Shown here: positions 7,882 to 15,770 of the stretch, piece after piece
Numbering within the stretch: the first letter of the stretch is position 1
How the letters are laid out: each line of letters opens with the position of its first letter
Origin: Gemmata obscuriglobus
GTDB lineage: Bacteria > Planctomycetota > Planctomycetia > Gemmatales > Gemmataceae
Length of the DNA: 32,000 nucleotides
Direction of reading: 5' to 3'
Assembly (NCBI RefSeq): GCF_008065095.1
Contig: NZ_CP042911.1
Coordinates: 6,360,001 to 6,392,000, forward strand
Position numbers and translations under genes: made by a program
Notes under the pieces: generated by a model
The model's input: only the letters and a program-made list of their open reading frames with translations
What the model was told of the DNA's origin: nothing
Database searches by the model: none

Positions 7882-9161
7882 CTAGCCCGGGCGCAGCTGC
7901 ACCGACAGGTTCCGCACTTCGGCGTGCCAGCCCCGCAGGTCCTTCTCCAGCCCGGCCCGCTCGGCCTCCAGCTCGGCGGCCCGGGCGGCGCCCGCGTCCC
8001 GCGCCCGGTCCAGCACCTGGCGGAGCAGCTCCGGGTCCCGGCCCACCGCCCGGATCTTGTCCACCACGAACGCCTCGGCGGGCTCGGCCGGCACGCTCCG
8101 GGACGGGCACGTGCGGACCCCGCGCTTCTGGCCGGCGACGCACGCGTAGTACCGGTACCGCTTGGCCCCGTTGGTGCTGTGCGTGGGGGTCATGGCGGCC
8201 CCGCACGGGGCGCACCGCAACAGCCCCTTGAGCACGGCCCCGAACTGGTTCCGGACGTGTGCCCCGCCGGTGCGGCCGTTGCGCCACAGCGCCTCCTGCA
8301 CCCGGTGGAACACGCCCGGGTCGACGACCGCCGGGTGCTCCCCGTCGTGCACCTCGTCCTTGTACTTGACCTTGCCGGTGTACAGCGGGTTGGTGAGCAG
8401 GTTGTACTGGTTCGTGCGGTCGAACGGCTTGCCGCCCCGCTCGGGGCCCTTCTTGGTGCCCCACCGCTTCGTGGTCCAACCCCGTGCGGCGAGCCCTCGA
8501 CCACCGGGAGCAAGGAGCCGTGTTCGAGGTACAGGGCAAAGATGGCCCGCACCCGCTCGACCTCGGCGACGTTCACCACCAGCTTGTACCCGTTGGGGTC
8601 GATGTCATACCCCAGCACCGGGTGCCCGCCGGCCCACTTGCCCGTGCGGCGGGTGGCGGCGATCTTGTCCCGGGTCCGCTCGGAAATGATCTCCCGCTCG
8701 AACTGCGCGAACGACAGGAGCATGTTAAGCACCAGCCGGCCCATGGAGGTGGCGGTGTTGAACTGCTGGGTGACGGACACGAACGCCACCTGCTGCTGCT
8801 AGAATGCGCGCATCAGCTGGGCGAAGTCGAGGAGCGAGCGGCTGAGCCGGTCGACCTTGTACACGACCACGCAGTCGACCCGGCCCTCCTCGATGTGGGC
8901 CATGAGCTTCTGGAGCCCGGGGCGGTCCGTGTTGCCGCCCGTGTACCCGCCGTCGTCGTACCGCTCGCGCACCAGGGCCCAGCCCTCGCCGGCCTGGGAC
9001 CGGACGAACGCCTCCCCGGCCTCTCGCTGGGCGTCGAGCGAGTTGAACTCCTGCTCGAGCCCCTCCTCGGTGGACTTGCGGGTGTAGATCGCACACCGCA
9101 CCAGCTGGACCGCGGCCCGCGGCGCGAGCTTCGGGGCGGTCGCTGTGCCGTTCCGTTTCAT
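7882..9161 (-). pseudogene. Large serine recombinase (resolvase-type N-domain + recombinase domain + Cys zinc-ribbon), disrupted by an in-frame TAG and one frameshift
   Basis: The N-domain reads [13 protein letters not shown]...[11 protein letters not shown]. An in-frame TAG lies at 8799-8801 (..QLMRAF*QQQVAFVSVTQQFNTATSMGRL..FEREIISERT..). The frame changes at about 8490-8500, where ..LLPVVE continues as LAARGWTTKRWGTKKGPERGGKPFDRTNQYNLLTNPLYTGKVKY..HDGEHPAVV in another frame. C..CG...YYAC and a coiled-coil tail follow. The gene ends close to the IS4 remnant. Confidence 0.85.
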
Positions 9162-9655
9162 GTGCCCTCCGGCTTGTTGAGCTTGAAGAAGTGGAACCCC
9201 TTGAGGTGGCTCCCGGTGACCGCCGCGGCGACCGCGCTGAGCGAGCCGAACGTCCGGCCGTCGTACGCGAACCCGGCGGCCAGGACCTTGACCTGAACGT
9301 CGGTGCCCTTGTACGTGCGGGTGAGGATCGTGCCGGGCGGGGGCGGTCGCGGGTCACTCGCGTGCGTCGGCACGGTGCCGGTGCGGACCGGGCCGGGCGC
9401 GGGCTCGTCGGCGTGCCCCTTGGGCGGGATCACCCGCAGGTCCGCGTCCCGGGCCAGCTCGGCCGCCCGGGCTTGCGCGCGGGCGCTGAGCCCGCCCTCG
9501 GCCAGGGCCTGGAGCCGCCACGCGATGCGCCGCACGAGCCACGTGCGATTGCCCGACGCGGTCGGCTCGCCGAACACCTCCGCGTACCGCGCCCGCAACT
9601 CTTTCGGGGTCAGCCGCCGCAGCCCGGCCAGTTCCTTCGCGACATCGATCGGCAC
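9158..9655 (-). CDS. DUF2924-family protein (usual upstream partner of this class of serine recombinase)
   Basis: GTG at 9655 follows GGAGGA. The product has [23 protein letters not shown]....[22 protein letters not shown] and a C-terminal ..[29 protein letters not shown]. Its stop overlaps the recombinase ATG (ATGA at 9158-9161). Confidence 0.7.
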   Translation of the reverse strand: MPIDVAKELAGLRRLTPKELRARYAEVFGEPTASGNRTWLVRRIAWRLQALAEGGLSARAQARAAELARDADLRVIPPKGHADEPAPGPVRTGTVPTHASDPRPPPPGTILTRTYKGTDVQVKVLAAGFAYDGRTFGSLSAVAAAVTGSHLKGFHFFKLNKPEGT

Positions 9656-9965
9656 CTCGGGTCCTCCACGGAAAAGCTGGCGATCTCGGCTCTCGGCGGC
9701 GTGAACCGCCGGTCCCAGTGACGCTCTTCTCGGGTGAAATCGCAAACTCATTCGTCTCGGAATTTGATGACCTTGCCGTGCCGGCGGTGAGCACCGGTTG
9801 GGACACGAGAAGTGCCGAGCCGAGGCGCACCAGGCCGGTGGCCAGGAGCCGAGCCAGCTCGCGGGCGCGTTCGTCGGGGGTGAGTGTGACGGGGTTGCGG
9901 GTGGAAGGCATCGGGGCACCTCGGGGGTGAATCCCCAGCGGCCTTCGCGGTGCGACCGGTGTGCT

Positions 9966-9994
9966 GGCGGGATGGCGGGATGGCGGGATGGCGG
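9966..9994. repeat. 8-bp tandem repeat, (GGCGGGAT) x3 plus GGCGG
   Basis: Read directly in the divergent intergenic region between the recombinase cassette and the radical-SAM operon. Confidence 0.9.
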
Positions 9995-10229
9995 AAACGT
10001 CTCTACCTGTTAAGTACACCGAACGCGTTCGACGTGTTCAGCTCAGCGCGCAACGGAGCGGCCGTTTCGGACGTGGCTCCGCGGGCCGGCTCCGAGCGTC
10101 AGGTCGTGCGGGTGCGACTGGAGGGGTTGTGCGGGCCGCCGTGCCGGAAGCGGGGACGCGGGACACGGGGAGCGGCTGCCGGCGGTTGCGTTTGACCCGG
10201 TGTCGCGGTTCTGTTAGGGTGTTCACTCG

Positions 10230-10243
10230 TGATCGCCCGATCA
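10230..10243. promoter_or_regulatory. Palindrome TGATCG-CC-CGATCA, 13 nt upstream of the radical-SAM start codon (candidate operator)
   Basis: The 6-bp inverted arms are perfect. A GTTC-N9-GTTC direct repeat lies just upstream (10208-10224). The function is purely inferred. Confidence 0.25.
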
Positions 10244-10255
10244 TAACGGTACCCC

Positions 10256-11479
10256 ATGGACATCCGCCGCAAGCTCGAGGTGCTGGCCGACGCGGCCAAG
10301 TACGACGCCTCGTGCGCCAGTAGCGGGAGCAGCACGACGCGCCGCGACCGCCGGCTCGGCTCGACCGAGGGCATGGGCATCTGTCACAGCTATACGCCCG
10401 ACGGGCGGTGCGTGTCGCTGCTCAAGCTGCTGCTCACCAACTACTGCGTGTACGACTGCAAGTTCTGCGTCAACCGGGTGTCGAGCGACACCCCACGGGC
10501 CCGGTTTACCGTCGCGGAGGTCATCCGCCTGACGCTCGACTTCTACCGCCGCAACTACATCGAGGGGCTGTTCCTCAGCAGCGGCATCGTCGGCAGCGTG
10601 GACGGGACGATGGAGCAACTGATCGCGGTGGCCCGCGGGTTGCGGGAGGACCACGGGTTCGGCGGGTATATCCACCTGAAGCTGATCCCGGGCGCGTCGC
10701 CCGAACTGGTCGCCGAGGCCGGGCGCTGGGCCGACCGGCTGAGCGCCAACATCGAGCTGCCCACCGAGCAGGACCTGCGGCAACTGGCCCCCGAGAAGAC
10801 GCACGCCGAGGTCACCGGCACCATGGCGGTGGTGGCCGACGGCATCGCCGAGCGCGCGGCCGACGCGCGGGCCGGGCTGACGGCGCCGGCGTTCGCCCCG
10901 GCCGGGCAGAGCACCCAGATGGTGGTCGGGGCGACGCCCACCACCGACGGAGTGATCCTCGCCACGGCCGACGCGCTGTACCGCGTGCAGAAGCTGCGGC
11001 GGGTGTACTACTCGGCGTACAGCCCGACCCCGCACGCCGACGCCCGCTTGCCCGCCCTGCGCCCGCCGCTGCTGCGCGAGCACCGCCTGTACCAGGCCGA
11101 CTGGCTGCTCCGGTTCTACGGGTTCGAGGTGAGGGAGGTGGTGGCCCCCGGCGCGAACCTGGCGCTCGACGTGGACCCGAAGCTGGCGTGGGCGCTGGCC
11201 AACCGCGACCGGTTCCCGGTGGACGTGAACGCCGCCCCGCGCGAGCTGCTGCTGCGGGTGCCCGGCGTCGGGGTGCGGAACGTGGACCGCATCCTGGCGA
11301 TCCGCCGGCACCACGCCCTGACCGCCGCCGACTTGCGCAAGCTGCGGGTGAACTGGAAGACCGCGGCCCCGTTCGTGCTCACCGGCGACCACAACCCGGC
11401 CGTGCGGCGGCTCGACACCGTGGGCCTGAAGCGGTCGGTGCAGCCGACCCTGTTCGACGACCTGGGCGGCGACGCATGA
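10256..11479 (+). CDS. Putative DNA modification/repair radical SAM protein (TIGR03916-type)
   Basis: The N-terminus KLEVLADAAKYDASCASSG is followed by the radical-SAM cluster motif CVYDCKFC. The C-terminal region (LLRVPGVGVRNVDRILAIRR) looks like helix-hairpin-helix. The gene is translationally coupled to the next one. Confidence 0.9.
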   Translation: MDIRRKLEVLADAAKYDASCASSGSSTTRRDRRLGSTEGMGICHSYTPDGRCVSLLKLLLTNYCVYDCKFCVNRVSSDTPRARFTVAEVIRLTLDFYRRNYIEGLFLSSGIVGSVDGTMEQLIAVARGLREDHGFGGYIHLKLIPGASPELVAEAGRWADRLSANIELPTEQDLRQLAPEKTHAEVTGTMAVVADGIAERAADARAGLTAPAFAPAGQSTQMVVGATPTTDGVILATADALYRVQKLRRVYYSAYSPTPHADARLPALRPPLLREHRLYQADWLLRFYGFEVREVVAPGANLALDVDPKLAWALANRDRFPVDVNAAPRELLLRVPGVGVRNVDRILAIRRHHALTAADLRKLRVNWKTAAPFVLTGDHNPAVRRLDTVGLKRSVQPTLFDDLGGDA

Positions 11480-12816
11480 TCGTCGCCGCCCCCGACTTCG
11501 CCGCGTGGCGTGCCGCCGCCCGCGCGCTGCTCGTCGCCGCCGTGCCCCCGGCCGACGTCCTCTTCGACGACGGCACCGCGCCGGGCCTGTTCGCCGCGGG
11601 CGAACTGCCGCCCGCGCCCACCGCTGCCGCGCCCGAGGTGCCGCGGGCGTTCGTCGCGCTCGCGGAGGCGGTCGCCTGTCACCGCGAGGCGCAGCGGTGG
11701 GACCGGCTCTACCGGGTGCTGTGGCGGCTGACCCGCGGCGAGCCGCACCTGCTCGCCCTGGCCACCGACGACGAGGTGAGCTGGCTGCTGCGGGCGGAGA
11801 AGTCGGTGCGCCGCGACGTCCACAAGATGCACGCGTTCGTCCGGTTCCGCGCGGTGGGCGGGCACTTCGTCGCGTGGCACCGGCCGGATCACCGGATCGT
11901 GCGGCGGGCCGCCCCGTTCTTCCGCCGCCGGTTCCCCGAGATGCGCTGGTCGATCTTGACCCCCGACGAGTCGGTGACGTGGGACGGCGTGGGGTTGCAC
12001 TTCGGCCCCGGCGTGCCGGCGGGCGCCGCGCCCCCGCCGGACGTGCTCGAAGACATGTGGAAGACGTACTACCGGGCCACGTTCAACCCGGCCCGGATCA
12101 AGCTGACGGCGATGAAGAAGGAGCTGCCGGTGCGGCACTGGGCGACGCTGCCGGAAGCCGCCATCATCCCCGACCTCTTGTCCGAAGCCGGTGACCGCGT
12201 CGCGGCGATGGTGGCGCACGCCGAGGGGGCCGGCTCGGCGGCGGCCTTCATGCCCGCGGCCCGCGACCTCGACAGCCTGCGCGCCGCGGCGCGTAGCTGC
12301 ACCGCGTGCGGGCGGTGCGGGCCGGGCGCGCCGCCGGCGTTCGGCGTCGGCCCGGGCGGCGCGCGGGTGGTACTGGTCGGCGACCACCCGCGCGCGAGCG
12401 GAGCGGCCGACGACCTGCTCGCCGGGGCGCTGGCCGAGGCGGGGTTCGACCCGGCCGCGGTGTACCGGACCCACGCGGTCAAGCGGGCGCCGCGTCCGTC
12501 GCCGGCCGCCCCGCGCGAGCCGCACCGGGGGGCCGGCGCGTGCCGGCCGTGGCTGACCGCCGAACTGGCGGCGCTCGCCCCGGCCGTGGTCGTGTGCCTC
12601 GGCCCGCACGCGGCGCGGGCGGTGCTCGGCCCGCTGTTCCGGTTCGCCGAGCGCCGCGGCGAGCCGGTGGCTGCGGGACCGGTGGCGCGCGCAATTGCGA
12701 CCCACCACCCGTCGGCCGTGCTCCGCGACCCGGCGGGAACGGGTTCCGAGATGGGGGCGGAGCTGGTTCGGCACTTGGCCCTGGCCCGCCGGCTCGCGGC
12801 GCGCGGGCCCGAGTAG
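11476..12816 (+). CDS. DUF4130 domain + family-4-type uracil-DNA-glycosylase-like domain protein (partner of the radical SAM protein)
   Basis: The ATG at 11476 overlaps the upstream TGA (ATGA). The DUF4130-like core reads HKMHAFVRFR....FVAWHRPDHRIV...APFF..RF....WSILTPD.S..WDG. The UDG-like part has CTAC..., VVLVGDHP..., ACRPWL..., VVCLG... and THHPSAVLR. The gene ends with TAG at 12814-12816. Confidence 0.85.
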   Translation: MIVAAPDFAAWRAAARALLVAAVPPADVLFDDGTAPGLFAAGELPPAPTAAAPEVPRAFVALAEAVACHREAQRWDRLYRVLWRLTRGEPHLLALATDDEVSWLLRAEKSVRRDVHKMHAFVRFRAVGGHFVAWHRPDHRIVRRAAPFFRRRFPEMRWSILTPDESVTWDGVGLHFGPGVPAGAAPPPDVLEDMWKTYYRATFNPARIKLTAMKKELPVRHWATLPEAAIIPDLLSEAGDRVAAMVAHAEGAGSAAAFMPAARDLDSLRAAARSCTACGRCGPGAPPAFGVGPGGARVVLVGDHPRASGAADDLLAGALAEAGFDPAAVYRTHAVKRAPRPSPAAPREPHRGAGACRPWLTAELAALAPAVVVCLGPHAARAVLGPLFRFAERRGEPVAAGPVARAIATHHPSAVLRDPAGTGSEMGAELVRHLALARRLAARGPE

Positions 12817-12828
12817 CCGTCCCCACCG

Positions 12829-13293
12829 GTTCGGATCTCGTTCGGGGTGCGAGACGAACCCAGTGTTAACTCGTCGGGCCGTCTCTGGGAGAGTCTTTGA
12901 GACTTTTGGGGCGAGAAGTTCGGGGTGCGAGTTGGAACGGTAGGGTTCAGCTCGGACCCCGAGCTATCTCCGTCGAACCCGAGACTTTTGCGATGGGGAT
13001 GAGGGGCGACAAAGTGCCTGAAAAACGTGGCAGAAATAGCATCAACCGGGAGAGAGCTCTCCCGGCTGTGCACGTTAACTCGTGGGGTGCGTTATTCCGC
13101 ACCCGCTGACTCAACTCCCCGAGCACAACACTCTTCGAACTCCCACGCCTCTCCACGCGCGAGACTTTTTGGGCCTGCCCCCTTCGAAACACTGGAAATT
13201 ATAGCATTTCGTGAGAAGTGGCCGCAGACGTGTGTGGTCGAGCGGTCGCTCGTTCGGATCCGGTTCGGTGTCCGAGGCGAACACTCTTCGAAC
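12829..13293. repeat. Cluster of dispersed short direct repeats in a non-coding block
   Basis: A 31-nt motif occurs at 12829-12859 and 13252-13282 (26/31 identical, ungapped). GTTCGGGGTGCGAG occurs at 12840-12853 and 12918-12931. GAGACTTTT occurs at 12899, 12981 and 13161. AACACTCTTCGAAC occurs at 13127-13140 and 13280-13293. GTTAACTCGT occurs at 12865 and 13074. GTTAAC occurs four times between 12865 and 13366. Confidence 0.7.
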
Positions 13294-13738
13294 CTCTCGC
13301 GGGCTCTCGGCTGTTAACTGGCAGGTTGGGTTATCGTGTCAGAAAAACTGATAGCCCGCGAGTTAACACGCGCGCGACTACAAGCGCCCCTGACGTACCT
13401 GAAAATTGGTATGGGAAGAGTTTGCGGTGTGGCCGGCACGGGCTGTAGGCCATACTCGCGAGAGGCGGCCGCGCAACCCGCGCTTGCTATTGTGTGGTTC
13501 TGGCCGCCGACAGTCGAACTATCATTCAGGTCGAGCAGCGGGGGCGGACCAACCGCGGCTCGCGCCACAAATCCTGGCACCTGTAGGCAATCATTATTTC
13601 GGCGGCGCGAAAGATAAGCAGGCCGAATACCAGGACTCACGGGCAATGACGGCCGGGCCGTAAGCCTCAATGCGTATCTTGCGCGCCGCCGTAGTAAGTT
13701 CGTCACGCGGCGGCACAGCCACCTTAATCATTGTGGTT

Positions 13739-13782
13739 CCTGTTACTCGGCCGCCGAATCGCGGCGGTGTCCGAGTAACAGG
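13739..13782 (-). terminator. Nested perfect hairpin 38 nt downstream of the lipoprotein-gene stop (candidate terminator of the DUF1559-lipoprotein unit)
   Basis: CCTGTTACTCGG (13739-13750) pairs with CCGAGTAACAGG (13771-13782) as a perfect 12-bp stem. It encloses a second stem, CCGCCG/CGGCGG. There is no clear U-tract. Confidence 0.4.
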
Positions 13783-13820
13783 AGGTGTGGGCCGGATCCA
13801 ACGGGAGCCACGTTGTCGGA

Positions 13821-14331
13821 TCACTTCAGCTGTGCCGGCTTCGCCGGGACGGGCACGTCGAAATCGAACACTTGAGGAGCCGGCTTGGCTTCGACCGGCG
13901 GGATCGGTGTCCGCTCCGGGTCGTTGTACGCGAGTGCCACGCGACGAGGTCGCCTGGGTCTTAGACGGGTCCATCTTGGGCGGGCCGAGGTGCTTGATGA
14001 CCGCGGCCGGGAGCGCGACCGTGGGGCGGGACAGCGCCCGCGTGTCGACCAGGCACACGCGGTAGGTGCCCGCCGCAACCCCGGCCCGCCCGTCGTCAGA
14101 CGCCAGCGTGTAGCGGCCGTCTTCGTCCGTAATGCCGGTCGAGCGGGCGGCCGGCTGCGCCCCCTGTGCGACCGGGATAAACATGACCGCGATGCCGGGC
14201 GCCCCGCGCCCGCCCTGTGTCACGCGCCCTTCGACAAGGCCCACGTCTTGGGTCCTGCCGCACCCGGGCGCGAGCCCCACGGCCGCAGCCGCCAACCAGA
14301 ACAGTACGATCCGCTTGTCGACCCGGAGCAT
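13821..14331 (-). pseudogene. Small lipoprotein with a carboxypeptidase-regulatory-like beta-sandwich (usual partner of DUF1559 genes), with an apparent frameshift
   Basis: ATG at 14331. The signal/lipobox reads ..LAAAAVGLAPGC. The domain pattern is VEGRVTQGG.GAPGIAVMFIP....TDEDGRYTL....AGTYRV. The family-like C-terminus VALAYNDPERTPIPPVEAKPAPQVFDFDVP..* is in another frame (track ORF 13821-14078). The switch is at about 13935-13950. Confidence 0.55.
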
Positions 14332-14406
14332 GGGTTCACCAAGTATGTATGAATGTGTACCGGTGCGGCGCCGCCGCGGGCCGGGCGGGTGGCGGTGCGG
14401 GTGCGG

Positions 14407-15553
14407 TCAGAAGTCCCCGGGGATCACCTCGCCGCCCGCGATGCTGCTCACGTTGCGCACGAGCTGGAATGGCGTGGCGCTGTTCAGGAACCGCACCGAG
14501 CCGTCAACGAACGCGAAGTTCGCGCCGCTCGGGTGACCGCTGCCGTAGGCCCGGCGGCGCTGGGCGTACGCCAAGAGGAAGGCCGGGTCCGAGCCAGACG
14601 GGTTGGCGAGCTGGGCCGGCGTGAGCTGGATGCGGTAGTTGATCGGGGTGCCCGACACCGCGTACCCGCGCGGCGACACGAAGTCGTTCGGGGTGACACC
14701 GTCCCACGCGCCGAGCGCCTCGAGGCGGTCGCCGAAGAGCCCACACAGTAGGTCGTAATACGCGGCCGGGTAGCCCATCGCGGCGAGCTGCTCGTTGATG
14801 ACCGCTTTGGCCACGATCTCGTAGCCCGGGTCGGTGAACGCCCGCTCGCCGAGCAGCAGCGTGTTGCTGGTGCCGTCGGTGATGTGTGTGATCCGGGTGG
14901 TCGAGCTCCAGTACCCCACGCCGTCGTCCGGCACGTCGAACTGCTCGTCGTCGCCCGGGTTGCCGCTGTGCAGGTACGTGCCGCTGTTGATGACGTAGCT
15001 GCACAGGCTGGTGTAGGTGGTCGCGCCGGACGGGTCGAACGGTGCGGCCCTCGCGTACACCGGGTCCGCGATCGATTCGGCCGGGCAGAGGAACAACTTC
15101 GGCAGGCTCGCGGCGAGCCCGCTCCGCCCGCCGGCGTAGTACGGCGATACCGGGTTGTTGAGGCCCGCGCCCTCGGCCTCCACGGCCTGCTGGTAGTAGG
15201 CGTCCGCCTCGACGTACGGCAGCGTCACCATCACCCAGTTGTACCGGCCCATCCGGTTGTTGCTGACGTACTTCGGCGAGCCGCGGTACCGGCCCTGCGG
15301 CGTCTGGAAGCTGTCACCGGAGGCAGGGGCCGCCGCCGGCGGGAACCGGCCCCGGGCGCTCTCGAAGCCGTGCAGCCCGAGGGCCACCTGCTTGAGGCTG
15401 TTGGCGCACCTCATGCGGGCCGCGGCCGCACGCACCTTTTGGACGGCGGGGAGGAGCAGGCCGATCAGGATCGCACCGGGGGGCCGAGGGGCGGTGAGAA
15501 CGCGCGCCCCGGCCCGTCTCGTTAGGCGGGGTGAGATACGGAGTGATCGACAT
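14407..15553 (-). pseudogene. DUF1559 (H-X9-DG) pseudopilin-like protein with an eroded prepilin-type N-terminus
   Basis: The C-terminus has HPSGANFAFVDGSVRFL (H-X9-DG). In the main frame only the distal half of the canonical leader helix survives ([29 protein letters not shown]). The SD-preceded ATG (GGGAGG, ATG at 15553) is in a different frame. About 15 nt of the hydrophobic core appear to be missing at roughly 15480-15530. Confidence 0.8.
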
Positions 15554-15770
15554 GGTCCAACCTCCCGAAGGAAATAAATACGGGCCGAAGCCCACCGCTC
15601 TGGAGAGCGTCCGGATCGAAAGGGAGAGGGAGTGCGAGTCGAACCGATCACCAACCGACACGTTGCCTGCTTGCCCGCCTATTTCGTCGGCGGAGCGCGT
15701 GAGCCTTTTACCCCATCCGCGGCGTGCGTCCGGTATGGTGCCGCACCGGAACGGAGGCGGGTCCGGGGCG

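Noticed and set aside
9354-10019. A possible third gene of the recombinase cassette, with ATG at 9911 (MPSTRNPVTLTPDERARELARLLATGLVRLG..).
   Set aside because: The first 30 or so residues look plausible. The frame then runs on for more than 180 codons across the DUF2924 gene in another frame, with non-protein-like text. At best it is a short or frame-damaged ORF whose end cannot be placed.
10208-10224. An SOS (LexA) box upstream of the radical-SAM/UDG-like operon, GTTC-N9-GTTC.
   Set aside because: The spacing differs from the GTTC-N7-GTTC box known in Alphaproteobacteria, and the LexA motif for this lineage is not known to me. It is kept only as a note beside the palindrome at 10230-10243.
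12826-12845. A tRNA T-loop-like string, GGTTCGGATC, also present at 13251-13262, that could mark a tRNA gene or a tRNA-derived att site.
   Set aside because: The flanking bases do not form a T-stem or acceptor stem in either copy. No D-arm or anticodon-arm arrangement could be drawn by eye.
12829-13293. Possible CRISPR array, given the repeated motifs in a non-coding block.
   Set aside because: The repeats are short (9-31 nt), imperfect, of several different kinds and irregularly spaced (79-423 bp). There is no repeat-spacer periodicity, and no cas genes lie in the window.
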